Assembly: GCA_964106645.2 (NCBI GenBank)
Contig: OZ067047.1
Length of the DNA: 64,000 bases
Strand: one strand, 5' to 3'
Source: Podarcis pityusensis
Taxonomy: Eukaryota
Under the pieces are notes generated by a model. It searched no databases. It had not been told where the DNA came from and was given only the letters and a program-made list of their open reading frames with translations. Positions within the stretch are counted from its first letter, which is position 1; every line of letters starts with the position of its first letter. Below are positions 37,613-50,448 of the stretch, piece after piece. The translations under genes and the position numbers were made by a program.

Positions 37613-38529
37613 CCATTTTTTGTAAAAAGAAGAAAAAGCTTCACCTGCATTAAAAAAATAGGAAAGGCAAGAAATATTACAAAACCAACTATAAAAATCA
37701 AAATTCCAAAAGTAAGCTTTTGGAGGTAGTACAGAGTATACCGAGACCTGTTCTAGTTATAGCATTTGAGAAACAATGTTATTCATGGCTATGCTGTAGT
37801 GGTGTGTTAATATGCTTTGCCTAACAGGCACAGTGGGCTATGGAATTGAATAAGGTCAGTTAAAAGTGACCTGTTTTCAGAAACCCTGGAAGCAAAGGCT
37901 GAGGTCCAGGATTGCGAGTATGTAGAAAGCTTGTTGCTTCTCTGGCTGAACCTGTTCTGTGGAGAGTAGCTTTCTACCATGTAGAGGCACCTTGGTGCTT
38001 AGAAGTACACGTTTATTACCACACCTTTTACCACACCAACTATTTCCCTTCAGAGACGACAACTTGTGCACAATGTCTGGCTGTGACTTGAAATCTGGTA
38101 ATCACAGCTCACAACAATGCCATTTATGGGATGGAAGAATAATCTGGGCAGGGCAACACCCATCTTTTTATAGTCTGCTTCTCATGGGTCTTTGTCTGTA
38201 GCAGCAGTAGGATGTCATTTCCCTGCTGCTGAACTAGTGTTATGTGGATAATTGCACTAGAACAAAACTGGGTAAATCTCAAATGGCAACTAGACTTTTT
38301 CAACAGTAGGCAAGAATGGCGGTTTTACAGCATAGGCATTTCACACTGATGCAAGACACATGTTAAGACAATATGAACTACTGTTCTTATAAGCCTTTCA
38401 GTGCTGTGGACTTCAAACTTGCCACTGTTGGAGGATATCATTTTATACATATCTAACAAAAGGAGCACAGAAAGAACAATATGGAGAGATTCAGAGACAG
38501 GACCCTCCTTTAGAAGACTACTATAAAAC

Positions 38530-38535
38530 TTTATT
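38530..38535 (-). terminator. Probable PHF5A poly(A) signal AATAAA
   Basis: First minus-strand AATAAA, ~390 nt after the stop codon. A second lies at 38012-38017. Confidence 0.55.
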
Positions 38536-38923
38536 GATGCATAATTCACAAAGATGCTGTGGCTTGGCTTACTTCAGGGAAAATATAGGCGCGGTCATAA
38601 CACTAAGTGAAAGGATTCAGTCAACAGAAATTTAGGTTGCTTATCTATAAAGGGGTAGATTGGAAGTCACAAGGGCTGAAATGTAAATCTCCTTCCTCTG
38701 AGTCACAGATGCAATAAAAATGCTCAACTCCTTTGGTAACATTAGGGACCACTGAGGAATGGCAGGGAAGACAGCAACCTCCAAATTTAGTTTTACATAC
38801 TAGTTTCTGCAACAAATTTTAAGGACTAAGAACAAATGAGCTGCTTTCCAGTAAGATGGCAGTCCTTTTTTTAAAAAAAGAATCCTTGCAGTCTCCAGCA
38901 AATGTACCATGGTGGAGATGGGA

Positions 38924-39013
38924 TCACCTTTTCTTAAAGCCATACTTCTTTCGTTCATAGAAGAGATCTGTTTTTGAGCTGCCCAGATTGACAATCTTGG
39001 GACAGCCGTCTCG
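38924..39013 (-). CDS. PHF5A: PHF5A exon 4 ([29 protein letters not shown])
   Basis: 90 nt ending in TGA. The four exons total 333 nt = 110 aa, the SF3b subunit length. Confidence 0.98.
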
Positions 39014-42000
39014 CTGAAAAGGAACAGAAAAGGGGTATGGTTAGAACAAGGGTAATGCTAGTAAATGTATCACACAAGTTACTTCCCAGCTCAGATAGGG
39101 TGTGCAAGAAAAAATTAATCATCACTCAACACAAGACCCAATTCTGATACACGTACTGGCTACAGATAGTTATGCCAACCTTCCATTTGAAGTCCAACAG
39201 AGATTCTGCCACAAAGGCTGCAATTCTAGATACGCTTAATTATTTCTGAGTACACTATTTTAGGATAATGCTGCAATTCAATTTTCTCTAACAGGGGCGT
39301 ATGAATTCTACATCCAGAATAAGTTGCACAAAGCTCCTTTATTTAATCTGGCCTTGGTGTTTGGGGTTTTGCAGAATTTGGAGTGTTTTTGCAAATACAG
39401 AGGAATTAAAAGATCAAAGTCATACTCGGTAGACCCATGAAAATCAACATATTTAAGTTAGTGATGGCTGACTTACTGTAAGTCCATTGATTTAATGGGT
39501 CTACTCCAAGTATGACATGGCTACCCAAAGAAAGCAGGCATGGACAGTGAGAAATATTAAGAGCTGTACAGAACAAGATTAAGCACTTTGCAAGCCCGAC
39601 TCAAAAACTTTGCTTCAGCTTTCTGCAGATACATCAGAATATTTTCAGATTTATCTAAACCACCATAAGAGCTAGAAAATGAAAAAGCAACAGAAAGCCA
39701 ATATGTGAGCTCCTCAAGGAGTCAAATAGCATGCTGCTGTTCGACTCTACAGAATTTGATGGCTTGAGGTAGTTCCTGAAGAAAGAACTGATGTTCTGAA
39801 ATGCACTGAGCTGTAATAAATCTCAGTTGGCACTTTTGAGAAGCTTCTCCATTTTGCATTCTTTCTCATTTCTGTGGCACCTTACAGACTGCTACTGGCA
39901 TGCGGTGTTCGAAACTCCCACTGTGACAGGGAATTTCATTAGCGCAAGAAGTTTCTGAGCTCTGGGTGCAGTACTGCGCCTAAGATTTCAGACTAAAAAC
40001 TGCAGAGTGGAAGGAAAGGAGGACCCTTTTCTGCCTCCCCACTTCCAGCTACTCTCTGAAGACTGGAGAAGAGACCGTCTGAAAAATATTAGGAGGGTAG
40101 GCAGGGGAAGGAGTAGAGCACGTGACAAATGAACATAATATTTTAGCTGCAGTTCATTCATTTTCAGCTTTGTATGCTTGTTATAAAAAAGCGCACCTAG
40201 ACATTCTGTTGCTGCACCCATAACATAGGTTTAAGGTGCCATTTGGCTCCTATCTTCCATATCTCAGTTTCTAACACTACTGGCATGGCAGCTACAGGGT
40301 TAGGCAGGTAGTAGATCATTTGCTGTTGAATATGCCAGGGTAGTTTGGATTCAGGGTAGGCAGGGACCGCCTATTGTTCCAATAGCTGCTGTGAAGGGAT
40401 GAAGAAAAAGAGCGTGGTACAGTTACAGCTGGAGGAACCCACCTTACAGATAATTTTCAGTTACATTTAAGCTGATAGATCTGTGAACTTTTTGCAGGGT
40501 GCTGGATTCTGTTCACCAACCTACCCGCTCAGCAGATGCAATATTTTCCTCAGTTTACACTTTGACACAGCAAATCAATAAATACCTCCCCAGTCTGAAG
40601 TGACACATTTTGTGTGTGCCCTATGCCACATTTTCTGGAGGGGCACTTTCATTACTGTGTAATGTGTTAAAACCATTTCCAACTGCACTTCATGGCCTCG
40701 CCATTTCAGCATCTGTCTGATTTGGAGAGGATCCTCTTCATAAAATTCCATCTTAACCTCGGTGCAGCAGTACTTTATGCTAAAAGAACCCATTGTTACT
40801 GACCCATTTTCTTCATGTTGTCTAGCAGCCCTAGTGCCTTCTTTTCTGTCTACAGCTGAGACGAGTTTATGCACACATTCAACATGTACTCAACTGTAGA
40901 ATCCAATGTCGACTTACTCATAAAGCATCTATCACACCATAAATGGTTCTAATGTCACAAACAGTACTTTTAAATGGAGGTAGTCAATACACATTCAACT
41001 GCAAATCATCCAGTAATGTATATGCAAATTCAAAAAGCCTTTCCTTTTCAAAAACCTCCTCCTCCCAAGCTCTTCCTACACAGTTAGTATCAGACAGAAT
41101 GAAGCTAATTGTCAGCTACTCCATTTTCAAGAACCATGCTCTCTACTTCTGCTTATTTTTCAACTCAAATGTGAGACGGCTGGGTAGGAACAAGGTCACT
41201 TCTATTGTCCCTGCGTAGTAACCAGCAAAACAGGTGCATTTCACTTTATAGATAATTGCATTTCTGTGGTACAATTGGAGCAGCGAGGTGAAAAAAGAGA
41301 GCACAGGAGCTCCTGCACCTTTAACAGATGTACCTTCCCTCTTCGCTACAACTATTAAAGATGCATGAGCCCTGACCTATTTTTCACAAGGCCACTTTAG
41401 AGTCAAGGCATTTTTTCCTGTACTCATTCATTGTTAAAACAGTCTGAATCTGCTCTTACTGTAAGGGTTTCTGGTACAGAAGAACACCAGCTCTACTGTG
41501 GCAACATTGTAATACCCATCCTCAGACAAAAATATAAGGTGTCCCAAATTCATAGAAGGGACCCTGAGGGTCATCTAGTCTAACCCCCTGCAACGGAGGA
41601 ATCTCAAGAAGTGACATTACAAAGGAATTTGTAGGACTGTGTCACTGGAGAGAAAATCTGATACCATTGCTACTTACAAACCACCCCACCCCAAGACCAC
41701 TAACCCAGATTGCTGTTTAGAATAATACTACACTACAACGGCTGGTAGTTGATACTATAGTTTTATATTAAAGGTTCAACTGCCAATGCTGATTTTTATT
41801 TTTTAAACCCCTGTCCTTGATCTCTTGTAATCTAAGGCATGAATGAAATCTGTCTACTGGTTTGCAGCCATAAGTTATTTTAGAAGAGTTTGAAATTATA
41901 AATTATGTTAGTTTTAGGGCGCTTTCGAAAGAGACAAGTATGAACCTTTATTGAAGGTACTGGACATGAGAGCATATAGATATTAGAATATAAGCATCCC

Positions 42001-42102
42001 AGGCTTCAGATGTTTACCAACACATAGGCCAACGATAATAGTTAAGAACAAACAATTGCAACTTAGAGAGCAGAAAAATGCGAACCCGTGTAACAATCTT
42101 AC

Positions 42103-42269
42103 ATCTTTCTCCTGGATGGTGCATTCTTTACAGTAGTATGCATCAGAGACACCAGGACCTCCACATATCACACAGCGCCCTTGATAAGACCCATAGTTGC
42201 ACTCATCACATATGCGCACCAGTGTGCAGGGCCGCACATAAGAGTCACAAATAACACACTTGCCATCAC
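42103..42269 (-). CDS. PHF5A: PHF5A exon 3 ([14 protein letters not shown]...CTIQEKD)
   Basis: Zinc-binding CxxC repeats; 167 nt; bounded by AG/GT. Confidence 0.98.
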
Positions 42270-44559
42270 CTGCAAAATAAGTACACGTATTTCAAGTGAA
42301 AGAAAAGATGCAGACAAGCCACCCACAGAAAGAATATACACAGCCTATTAGATTACCCACAGAACATGCTACAAAAGCAAAGCGTCAACTGGGCTTGCTT
42401 CCAGGCAGATGTGTTTAAGGTGGAGTTGCCACACCCCAAATACAATGACTTGTGTTGTTTACAGATAAAAGCCCAAAGCAATTGGCATTTGATTGAACTT
42501 CTCCATAAACCAGTCTGCCACATTTTTTGAATTTTTTAATCATATGTAACACCAAATCAGCATCTTTGTGCAGGGATGAACACAGAATGCAGCATCACAG
42601 ATACATCAATCAATCATATAATGCCAATGCAATCTTCTACACTTGAAAGGTATATTCAGTGATCTTTTCTTAATTTGGCTTTAGGAAAGGCTGAAAGGGC
42701 AAGTGCACACATACATAATTGAAGCCATTATTGCTGTAGATAGCTCTTGAGGTATGGAACCAAAGTTAGCAAGTAAGTAAATAAATAGCCAACAGATGGC
42801 AATGACAAGCACTGCCAGCCTGGACCATATCCAAGCAAATGACCTAAAGACGAAGAGCTTCATATCCCATTACCCTCGTCCATCTAATCTTTATTCCTAC
42901 TAAGGACTTGTTTAACTTGCTCTTTCTTTCGGAAGGTGAACAAATGCTTTTTAAGAATGCTGATAATTTCCTGGGTGACAGCTACAATAGACCATCTCAT
43001 AGTTTCTCCCCAGTACTGCTTTATTTCTAGTTTCGAAGATGGGGCAGGAGTAGGGAGCCATTTCATTTGTGTGGCAAGTAGCCCTGGGAAGCACCCAAGT
43101 GCAGCACCCTCTACTCTCTTACTCTGCATCCCTGGGCTGAAAAAGCATCTCTTTCCTGTCTGCAATAGCTTGTGCTGTTATCCTGTCCTTTTATGACCAG
43201 GAGAGACAGCATCTGTTACCCCAGTAGCGATATTAAGAAAAGCCATAATCTGCCCATAACTCCATCCTTTCTGAAATCCTTTTCTTCTTTCTGACATCCT
43301 TTACTTCTGCCTAGTTTCACCTCAAAATGGACACTAGCTAGCCTGGTCATTATGTGGCCTGAAGTTTTGCTTTTATTTTACAGGTACCTGTGCTTTTTAA
43401 GGACTAGAGGAACAGCTACAATAGTGCTTTGGAGACTCCGGAGTGCAGGGGTGTGTGTCTTTTTTCAACACAAGGGCTGCATTCTTTTCTGGGCAGCCTT
43501 CCTGGGGCTACATGCCAATGGTGGGTGGGGTGAGGTGGGGCAAAAGTGGGCATGGCACCAAATTTAAATTTTACCTTTGTAAAATAACCTAGTTTCTATG
43601 CACACTCAATCAACCCTCTCTATCCTCCATCCATGGCTACAAGAGGAATTATCAGAGTTCAAGGACACATTCCAGCCAGGTAAGAGCTCCTGGGGTGTGA
43701 AGCATGGTCAGTGAGGTGTGTACTGGGGCGGGCTCCAGGGGCCAGGCAGAAAGGCCTGGAATTTAGCTCCTAAGCCTGAATTTCACTGCCCCTGATTAGC
43801 ACACATGCTAATGCATGTGTGACTGTTACGTCTTAAAATGCCAGTAAAGACAGCTGCAGCATATCAGGAATGCTAAGTGTGTTTTCTGTGGGCTGGATTG
43901 GACAAAAGTCCAAAGCATGATGTGGTGCAACAAGAAGCCGGTGGCTGGTGCACCTCTTCCTTCTTTTCACAGGTGCCTTGCTTTCCTGGTCTGCTTCCTT
44001 GAAGTCTTAAGTTGCCAGTGCCAAACTATGGTTTAACGTTACATCTGTCATCTCGTCAGACATTCTATGTTTGAGAAAAATGTAGCTACAGTAGTACTGG
44101 AGCAACACAGACATCCCTGCTTAACATTGCAAAGCTTTTAGGAAGCAGGAAGTTAAAGGGGGATTGGAGGGAATGGCTGCCATGTTCTGATACATTTTTC
44201 AACCCCTTCCTTTCTTCTCTTAAACTCTTACCAACTTTTTTCACCCCCCTTAAAATCTATATAGCATTGATCCTCTACTTTATTTTTAAATTATCTAAAG
44301 TAAACATATAGGTATGTTGCCAATTTTTATATTCCTTCTCTTCTCTTGGGTTTAGATTCAAAAGTGTTTCAGACAGGTTTAGGTGAAAAGGTGAAGTTTC
44401 TCAAGTCTATGGCAAGTCTTGAACATCTAAGCTGCAGTTCTATACTAATTTGCTTGGGAGTAAGTTTCAGTGAACATAGTGGGAAAATTCTGAATATGCA
44501 AATATAGGATTATACTACATGTGTAGCTAGAATTTTAAACTTAAAATGGCATCATACTC

Positions 44560-44690
44560 AGTGCTTGTTTTCAGGGGGTACTCAAGAGTATGCACTATCA
44601 ACACCTCTTTTTGTTGTTAAAAAGTGTGGCACTTACTGTAACAATTTCATGGTGAGTACTGGCACCTATTTTTCTAGAAAAAATGCACTA
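44560..44690. mobile_element. Short MITE with CAGTGC..TTTT / AAAA..GCACT termini
   Basis: Imperfect inverted termini, ~130 bp. Confidence 0.45.
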
Positions 44691-44814
44691 GTTATACCTA
44701 TAAGTTTAATTGAATTTTAGAAGACAGACTTTACTCAGCTTGGAAGAAATCCTGATTCACAATATTGGGCTCTAAATCACAGAAGACACACAGTATGTAA
44801 AAAGCTATACTCAC

Positions 44815-44838
44815 ATTTTTCACATAGTCGTCCAATAG
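44815..44838 (-). CDS. PHF5A: PHF5A exon 2 (24-nt microexon, AIGRLCEKC)
   Basis: ttattgcag|CT ATT GGA CGA CTA TGT GAA AAA T|gtgagt. The phases join exons 1 and 3. Confidence 0.96.
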
Positions 44839-44915
44839 CTGCAATAAAAATGGAGAAAAATGAGTAACATTCATTTGGAAATTCTGAAAGTTCCACATTA
44901 TTTCTAGAATCTGTA

Positions 44916-45157
44916 CAGTGGTACCTCAGGTTACATACGCTTCAGGTTACATACGCTTCAGGTTACAGACTCCGCTAACCCAGAAATAGTGCTTCAGGTT
45001 AAGAACTTTGCTTCAGGATGATAACAGAAATCGTGCTCCGGCGGCATGGCGGCAGTGGGAGGCCCCATTAGCTAAAGTGGTGCTTCAGGTTAAGAACAGT
45101 TTCAGGTTAAGTACGGACCTCTGGAATGAATTAAGTACTTAACCTGAGGTACCACTG
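44916..45157. mobile_element. Same MITE, copy 4 (PHF5A intron 1)
   Basis: TA TSD, TIRs and a duplicated 16-bp unit. Confidence 0.85.
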
Positions 45158-46794
45158 TACTACTCTTCAGGATTTACCTCATATTCAGGTGGGGATGGGT
45201 GAACTATGAGATTTAAAGGCAATTAACTAATAAACATGTAACTTTTGGTATTCCATAAGAAGATCCTATCCAGACTGATATTCGGGGCTGATCCTATCCA
45301 TGCTTAGTCAAAGGTAAACTGAATGAACTTTAATCAGTGAGTAGCTAGATACAGTGCAGTGGCAGCAAGGCCACATGGCACAAAGTACCTGTGTATATTT
45401 TAAGAAGCAGCCTTTATATTTTCCCTTCGGTTTCAAACAGTGGGACCTGTTTCCAGGCACGTGCCTTTAGGAATGCAACCGTAGGCTTTCACTGTTAATA
45501 CGGTATTGGCAGGACTAAACTTAAAGCAAACGTAATCTTTCCTCACTCTGCCTAATGTGTTTTGCCAAGATTAGAGCTTGTCATTTTCAAAACAACAGTA
45601 AGAATGTAATACTCATAGGGAATGAAGGCAAAGAATGCGCTATTTTGATGAAAATACAATAGCAAAGCCTTATGTCTTATGTACGTCACAGGCCAAGAGT
45701 GACGCAGCATCATGTAAACTTACAACTTCCAAAGGTAAATAAGAGGGCAGGAGGCCCAAAACCTGTAGTTGTATGGTAGGAAAATCTTGTAGCAAGTATG
45801 ATTAAAAAAAATAAAAAAATCCTTGCTGCTAAAAAGCAGTTAATAAAATATCAGTTAAAAGCAGGAGGGAAGGGGACAGAAATGTAGGACATTAGATATG
45901 ACTATGTGACTCATGTAAAACTGTTGTAACTGATACAACATTCATTCCACTTTAAGCAAGTACTGTGTTTGGTTGCAAGAAGATCTCCTCTTTTGCAGCC
46001 CAGCTAGCTGAAATCCTTTTAATTAGATGCTAGGGATTGATCAGAACTTAAGTGTGCAAATCATGTTCTAATATTATACAGCAGGACCTAAATGCTTCCA
46101 TCTACAAGCCACAATGATGCAGCAGATATACAGTACTTGTTTTTCCATCTAGGTCTGCTTATGACAGCTGCAAGGTTGGCAGACGAACTGCACTGTGTTA
46201 AGGAATATCTGACGGGGGGGGGGGGGAGAGGAACAGTGATGGGCTCCAGAGATACATTTGTATGCAATATAAACCATCCTAGGGGCCAGCTGGCAACTTG
46301 AGGATGGGAGAGCCATTAAGGAGCAACTACTTTATACAGAACTTATGCTCTGAATTCAGCTGTCAGGGCTAACGGTTAAACGGACTAGACCTCGGCTGAT
46401 TTAAAGCTCCTTCTAAAGCCACCTAAGCCTGCGACTATCACTGCATCTGAGGGCACGGAATCCCCCGAGGTCACTGCCGCTTGCGAGATGCGGAGAATGA
46501 GGTTTCGCCGGTCCATTTCTGAATCTCCCGTCGGTCGATTTCATTGGGCGGCTACGACTTCAGCCACAACGAGTGAGGCCCGAGCCCGCCGGTTCGCAAT
46601 TCCGTTTCAGACGTGAGGCCTCGCCGCGTTTTGCCGTTTGGACCAGGGCAGAAGTCAGTCGAGCCTCCCGCCTCGGAGACCCGGCCGGTGTGGCCTTCCC
46701 GGCCGCTGCTCTCCGCCCGCCTCCCGCCGCGCGCGCAGGCCAGGCCCCCCTAGGCTCCCGGTCCGAGGGAAAGGGGGAAGGAAGGGGGCCTCAC

Positions 46795-46846
46795 CCACGC
46801 CCGCCTGCTTGCGGCAGAAGATCAAATCCGGGTGGTGCTTGGCCAT
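46795..46846 (-). CDS. PHF5A: PHF5A coding exon 1 (MAKHHPDLIFCRKQAGV)
   Basis: Matches the invariant PHF5A/Rds3 N-terminus; 52 nt; donor G|GTGAG. Confidence 0.98.
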
Positions 46847-47709
46847 CCCTGAACCCCTTCGCTTCGCCTCGCGCCGCCGTCGTTACTGGCCTTTCACCTT
46901 TGACCCCTTCAGGTCCTGGGGAAAGCGCAGGTCCTACACACTCGCCCACCTCCACACATACCGGCTTTTAATTTCCTTTCGCGCGCTACCGCGTCGGGTT
47001 ACCACACTCGAATATCCCGCAAATAAACAACAACGTGTTTCTTCGTAGCCCTTAGAATATTTTTAGAAGAGGGGAAATGTCGGCAATTTACAACTCTCTC
47101 TCTCTTTCAGGACCTGGCAGAGTACCGCCCTCTCGACTGACGTCATTAGCACGCTAGAGATTGGACCCATTTTACAGACGGGCAGCGTAGAGTTAGACTT
47201 GAAACGCTTACAGAGGCCTCAACTTTCGTTTGCTTTCCCTCTCTAAGGGCGGAAGTGAGAGCTGCTCATAGAAATTTGGGGAGGAATTCACGATGCTAGC
47301 GTAGCAACCCGAGGCAGAAATAACATAATACTCCTAATGTTGCTCCTTTTTTTGTTTCTAAGTGAACGCGCTGCTCCTCCTCAGTCAGCTACGCTAAGCT
47401 AATAGACTTCCCCATTGATTTGTACAGGCAGCCTTAATTTCGGTACTATTGTAGTGGGACAGAGAATACGTATGCCCAGGTAAACCCGGAAATTTCCAAT
47501 TTTTTTAAAGGTGGACTTCTCTGCATTTTCTTATCACTATGTACTATTATTGACGAGGAAACCGGTTTCCTGTGGAGAAGTCACGCCTCCGGAAGTACTT
47601 TGTTTCCACGCGCCCGCTTCTATTTAAAAGGAGACTTGATGGGCGCGGCCTAGGCCCCGCCTACGAGGCACGTCCTTTAAAAGCCCCGTGTGACGCTATC
47701 GCGCGGCGA

Positions 47710-47738
47710 CTTCATCTTTGTCAGTGAACAAAATGGCG
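47710..47738 (+). promoter_or_regulatory. Iron-responsive element (IRE) in the ACO2 5'UTR, overlapping the start codon
   Basis: UCAU-C(bulge)-UUUGU-CAGUGA-ACAAA-AUGG forms a canonical CAGUGH loop, a 5-bp upper stem and a bulged C, at the same position as the known vertebrate ACO2 IRE. Confidence 0.92.
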
Positions 47739-47768
47739 CCGTACTGTGTCCTAGTCAGTCGGTTACAG
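47733..47768 (+). CDS. ACO2: ACO2 exon 1 (MAPYCVLVSRLQ, mitochondrial presequence)
   Basis: 36 nt, donor CAG|GTGAGT; resembles mammalian MAPYSLLVTRLQ. Confidence 0.95.
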
Positions 47769-48998
47769 GTGAGTCTGGTTCCCGTAGAGTCGGTTATGGG
47801 CAGAGCAAGCGGTAGAAGCTGAGTGTAGCTGGCGGAGTCGGCAGTGGGGGTCGAGGCCTGCGCGCCCCTCGCTGCTCTTCGGGCTAGGCCTTCCGCTTCC
47901 TCGCTGTAGGTCAGTGTGTCCCCCATGCCAGTCCCGCCTGTGACTCCCTGCAAGCGAGGAGGGATGTTTGCTTGGCAGTACCATAGAAAGGCCTGGCATG
48001 CCAACACACGTACACTAGCGAAGGCTTCGTGCTGTCTCCGGGGTGGTGTGCTGTCTGGTGGGGCCCCGCTCACGAACTCAAGGTGAGGGCAAGGTTACTG
48101 GGGGTCTGCGCCGCTGCTGGCTTCCCTCCACACTCGGCATTTATAAACGACGCATTGTACCGTTATGCATGCAGTCGTATTGATAGATGGATTTTTACAA
48201 CCTACACACGGTAGGTGGCATAGGAATTCACTTCTCAGCAATAGGCCTCTTCCCTGTGGCTTGTTTCACACAAATAGTTCCCCAAATTTTATGCTACAAA
48301 TTATGCACAGAACTGCTTTTGGGTAGGTAGAACTTAACCTCTCTAGCCCTACAATCCTGTATACACTCTTATTTGGGCAAGCCACCTAATGGGGTTTCCT
48401 TCTGAGGAAAAATGTTTTGCTGTAAAACATATGCACCAAATAGTCGAGCTGTAAATGTTAGATGTATTGTTACTTTTTGAAATGTTTTGTAATACCTTTT
48501 GTTTAAAAAAAGTGGTTTGTTTCAATCAACCAAATAGCTCAGGCTTAGGCATGAGATGGACATGCATAACTTTGTTTGTATGCTGCCTTTCTGTAGTTCA
48601 AACCATGCTCAGGACAGTTTGCAACATAAAAAATACATAATTACACACATAACAAAAGTAGACACAAACGATAAATACCAAAAGTTCACAAATTAAACAA
48701 TTTCCACATAAATAATAATATTTAAAATAAAGATACAAAAAAAACTGATTACAGCAGCAACCCCACTCAACAAAACCCCTAAAAAGTACCCCAGTCCAAG
48801 AGTCTGTTCAGCATCTTCAACTTTTGTAGCTGGAATCAATCAGGATCCTGCCCACCCAGGCCAGGTGGGTAAAGGCCTGCAGGGCAGGGAGCAGGTCTTC
48901 CAGGACTCACAGCCAAGATGGACACCAACACTGCAGACAGGATGAACTTGAAGCTAAGATTGTTGGTTTATGAAAGATACCATGTGCATAAGGGAATA

Positions 48999-49224
48999 CA
49001 GTGGTACGTCGGGTTAAGTACTTAATTCGTTCCAGAGGTCCGTTCTTAATCTGAAACTGTTCTTAACCTGAAACACCACTTTAGCTAATGGGGCCTCCTG
49101 TTGCCACCGTGCCGCTGGAGCACAATTTCTGTTCTCATCCTGAAGCAAAGTTCTTAATCTGAGGTACTATTTCTGGGTTAGCGGAGTCTGTAACCTGAAG
49201 CGTATGTAACCCGAGGTACCACTG
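48999..49224. mobile_element. Same MITE, copy 5 (ACO2 intron 1)
   Basis: TA TSD and TIRs. Confidence 0.85.
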
Positions 49225-50317
49225 TAATACTTACATTGGGGCCTTAATGGTGCTTGTTAATGGGTTCTGAAGACTCAAGAGATACTGTTGCTGATACCAG
49301 CCTGTATGATACCTGCTTTCATTTTCCCCAAGTATAAGTGGGACAAATTGATTTATCGGCACCCCTACTTCATATAGCCCTCTTCATTCTCTCTACTTGT
49401 TGAAAAGTCTGCCTGCTTGACCATAATAAAGAACGTTGCCCAATCCACATATTCAACATTCATTTTCACTGAAACAGTATCTTCCAATATCTTCCATTGA
49501 TACAAAGTCAGGTCATATTAGGGACACTGAAGACCCAATATGCAGCATACTGAAAACAGTTATTTTATTTATCAAAACTAGCTCCCTGCACAGTGATGTT
49601 TTGTTTCCCCCCACTCCATTTATCCCTTAGTCACTTACATTGAGTAAGAGTGTATGGAGGGGACACACTCTGATTATTTCTATTCAAGAGGGCTTGCATG
49701 CTACTTCTGAACAGTCAGCCCTGAGGGAGGAATTTGTGCTGGATCTTCTAGCTGTTTGGTCCATCAGCTGCCAATCAATTATAAACCCTGCTGCTGAAGG
49801 TGGTAGATCATCAATGAGCACAATATTATACTGTTGATGGATACAGGCGGTGACCATTTCAAAAGGGAGTTCAATTCCTAGAATCCATGCACATCGGCAG
49901 AGCACGTATAAACTCAAAAGAACCCATGTCTCAGTGATCATGCATCAGTTGGACATTTCTAAAATGGTTGCCACCTGTACAGAGTTCCCTTTAAAGGTAC
50001 TGGGAAGCTGCTAGAAGCTAGCTGTATTGTGACTTTATACTACACAGTCAGAACTATACCGTATATAGTAGCAGTTCCAATTTTATTTAAGAAGCAAGAT
50101 ACTGTGGAGGTGGTGGCAAGCAGAGAATAGAATTGGAAAAGTAACAAATGAGTCAGAGTTTTGAGAGGTATATGCTAACTTCAGGTAGGAGAGATTGCAC
50201 ACCGATAAGCTAACAATGGAACGAGGCTTTCAAGACCAACTCTGAAAGACTGCTGTGGGGACTGAAAATTCAGTGAAGTTTTGGATTGCATCTTAAGATT
50301 AAAAACAGTATTTAGAG

Positions 50318-50448
50318 TAAGGATGGCTAACCTTTGGCCTTCTAGATGTTGATGGACCACAATTCCACTTATCCCTGGCTTATTGGACATGTTGACTGGA
50401 GCTGATATGAGTTGGAGTTCAACAATATCTGGAGGTTAGCCACCCCTG
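50318..50448. mobile_element. Representative of an abundant short hAT-like palindromic MITE family
   Basis: TIR GGATGGCTAACC...GGTTAGCCACCC with a CCAGATGTT...AACATCTGG core. Related copies at ~5880, 11180, 22310, 35280, 36790, 53600 and 58790. Confidence 0.55.

Larger units (their letters stand above)
46400..48200. promoter_or_regulatory. Bidirectional CpG-island promoter for PHF5A/ACO2
   Basis: The two ATGs are 887 bp apart, head-to-head. Motifs: CRE TGACGTCA (47138-47145), ETS/GABP CGGAAGT (47250-47256 and 47590-47596), RFX-like GTAGCAAC (~47302), GC boxes, and YY1 AAAATGGCG at the ACO2 ATG. Confidence 0.85.

Noticed and set aside
46573-48073. GC-rich ORFs of 125-136 aa around the bidirectional promoter
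   Set aside because: They are antisense to or overlap real first exons, and have the Pro/Arg/Ala-rich composition typical of CpG-island stop depletion.
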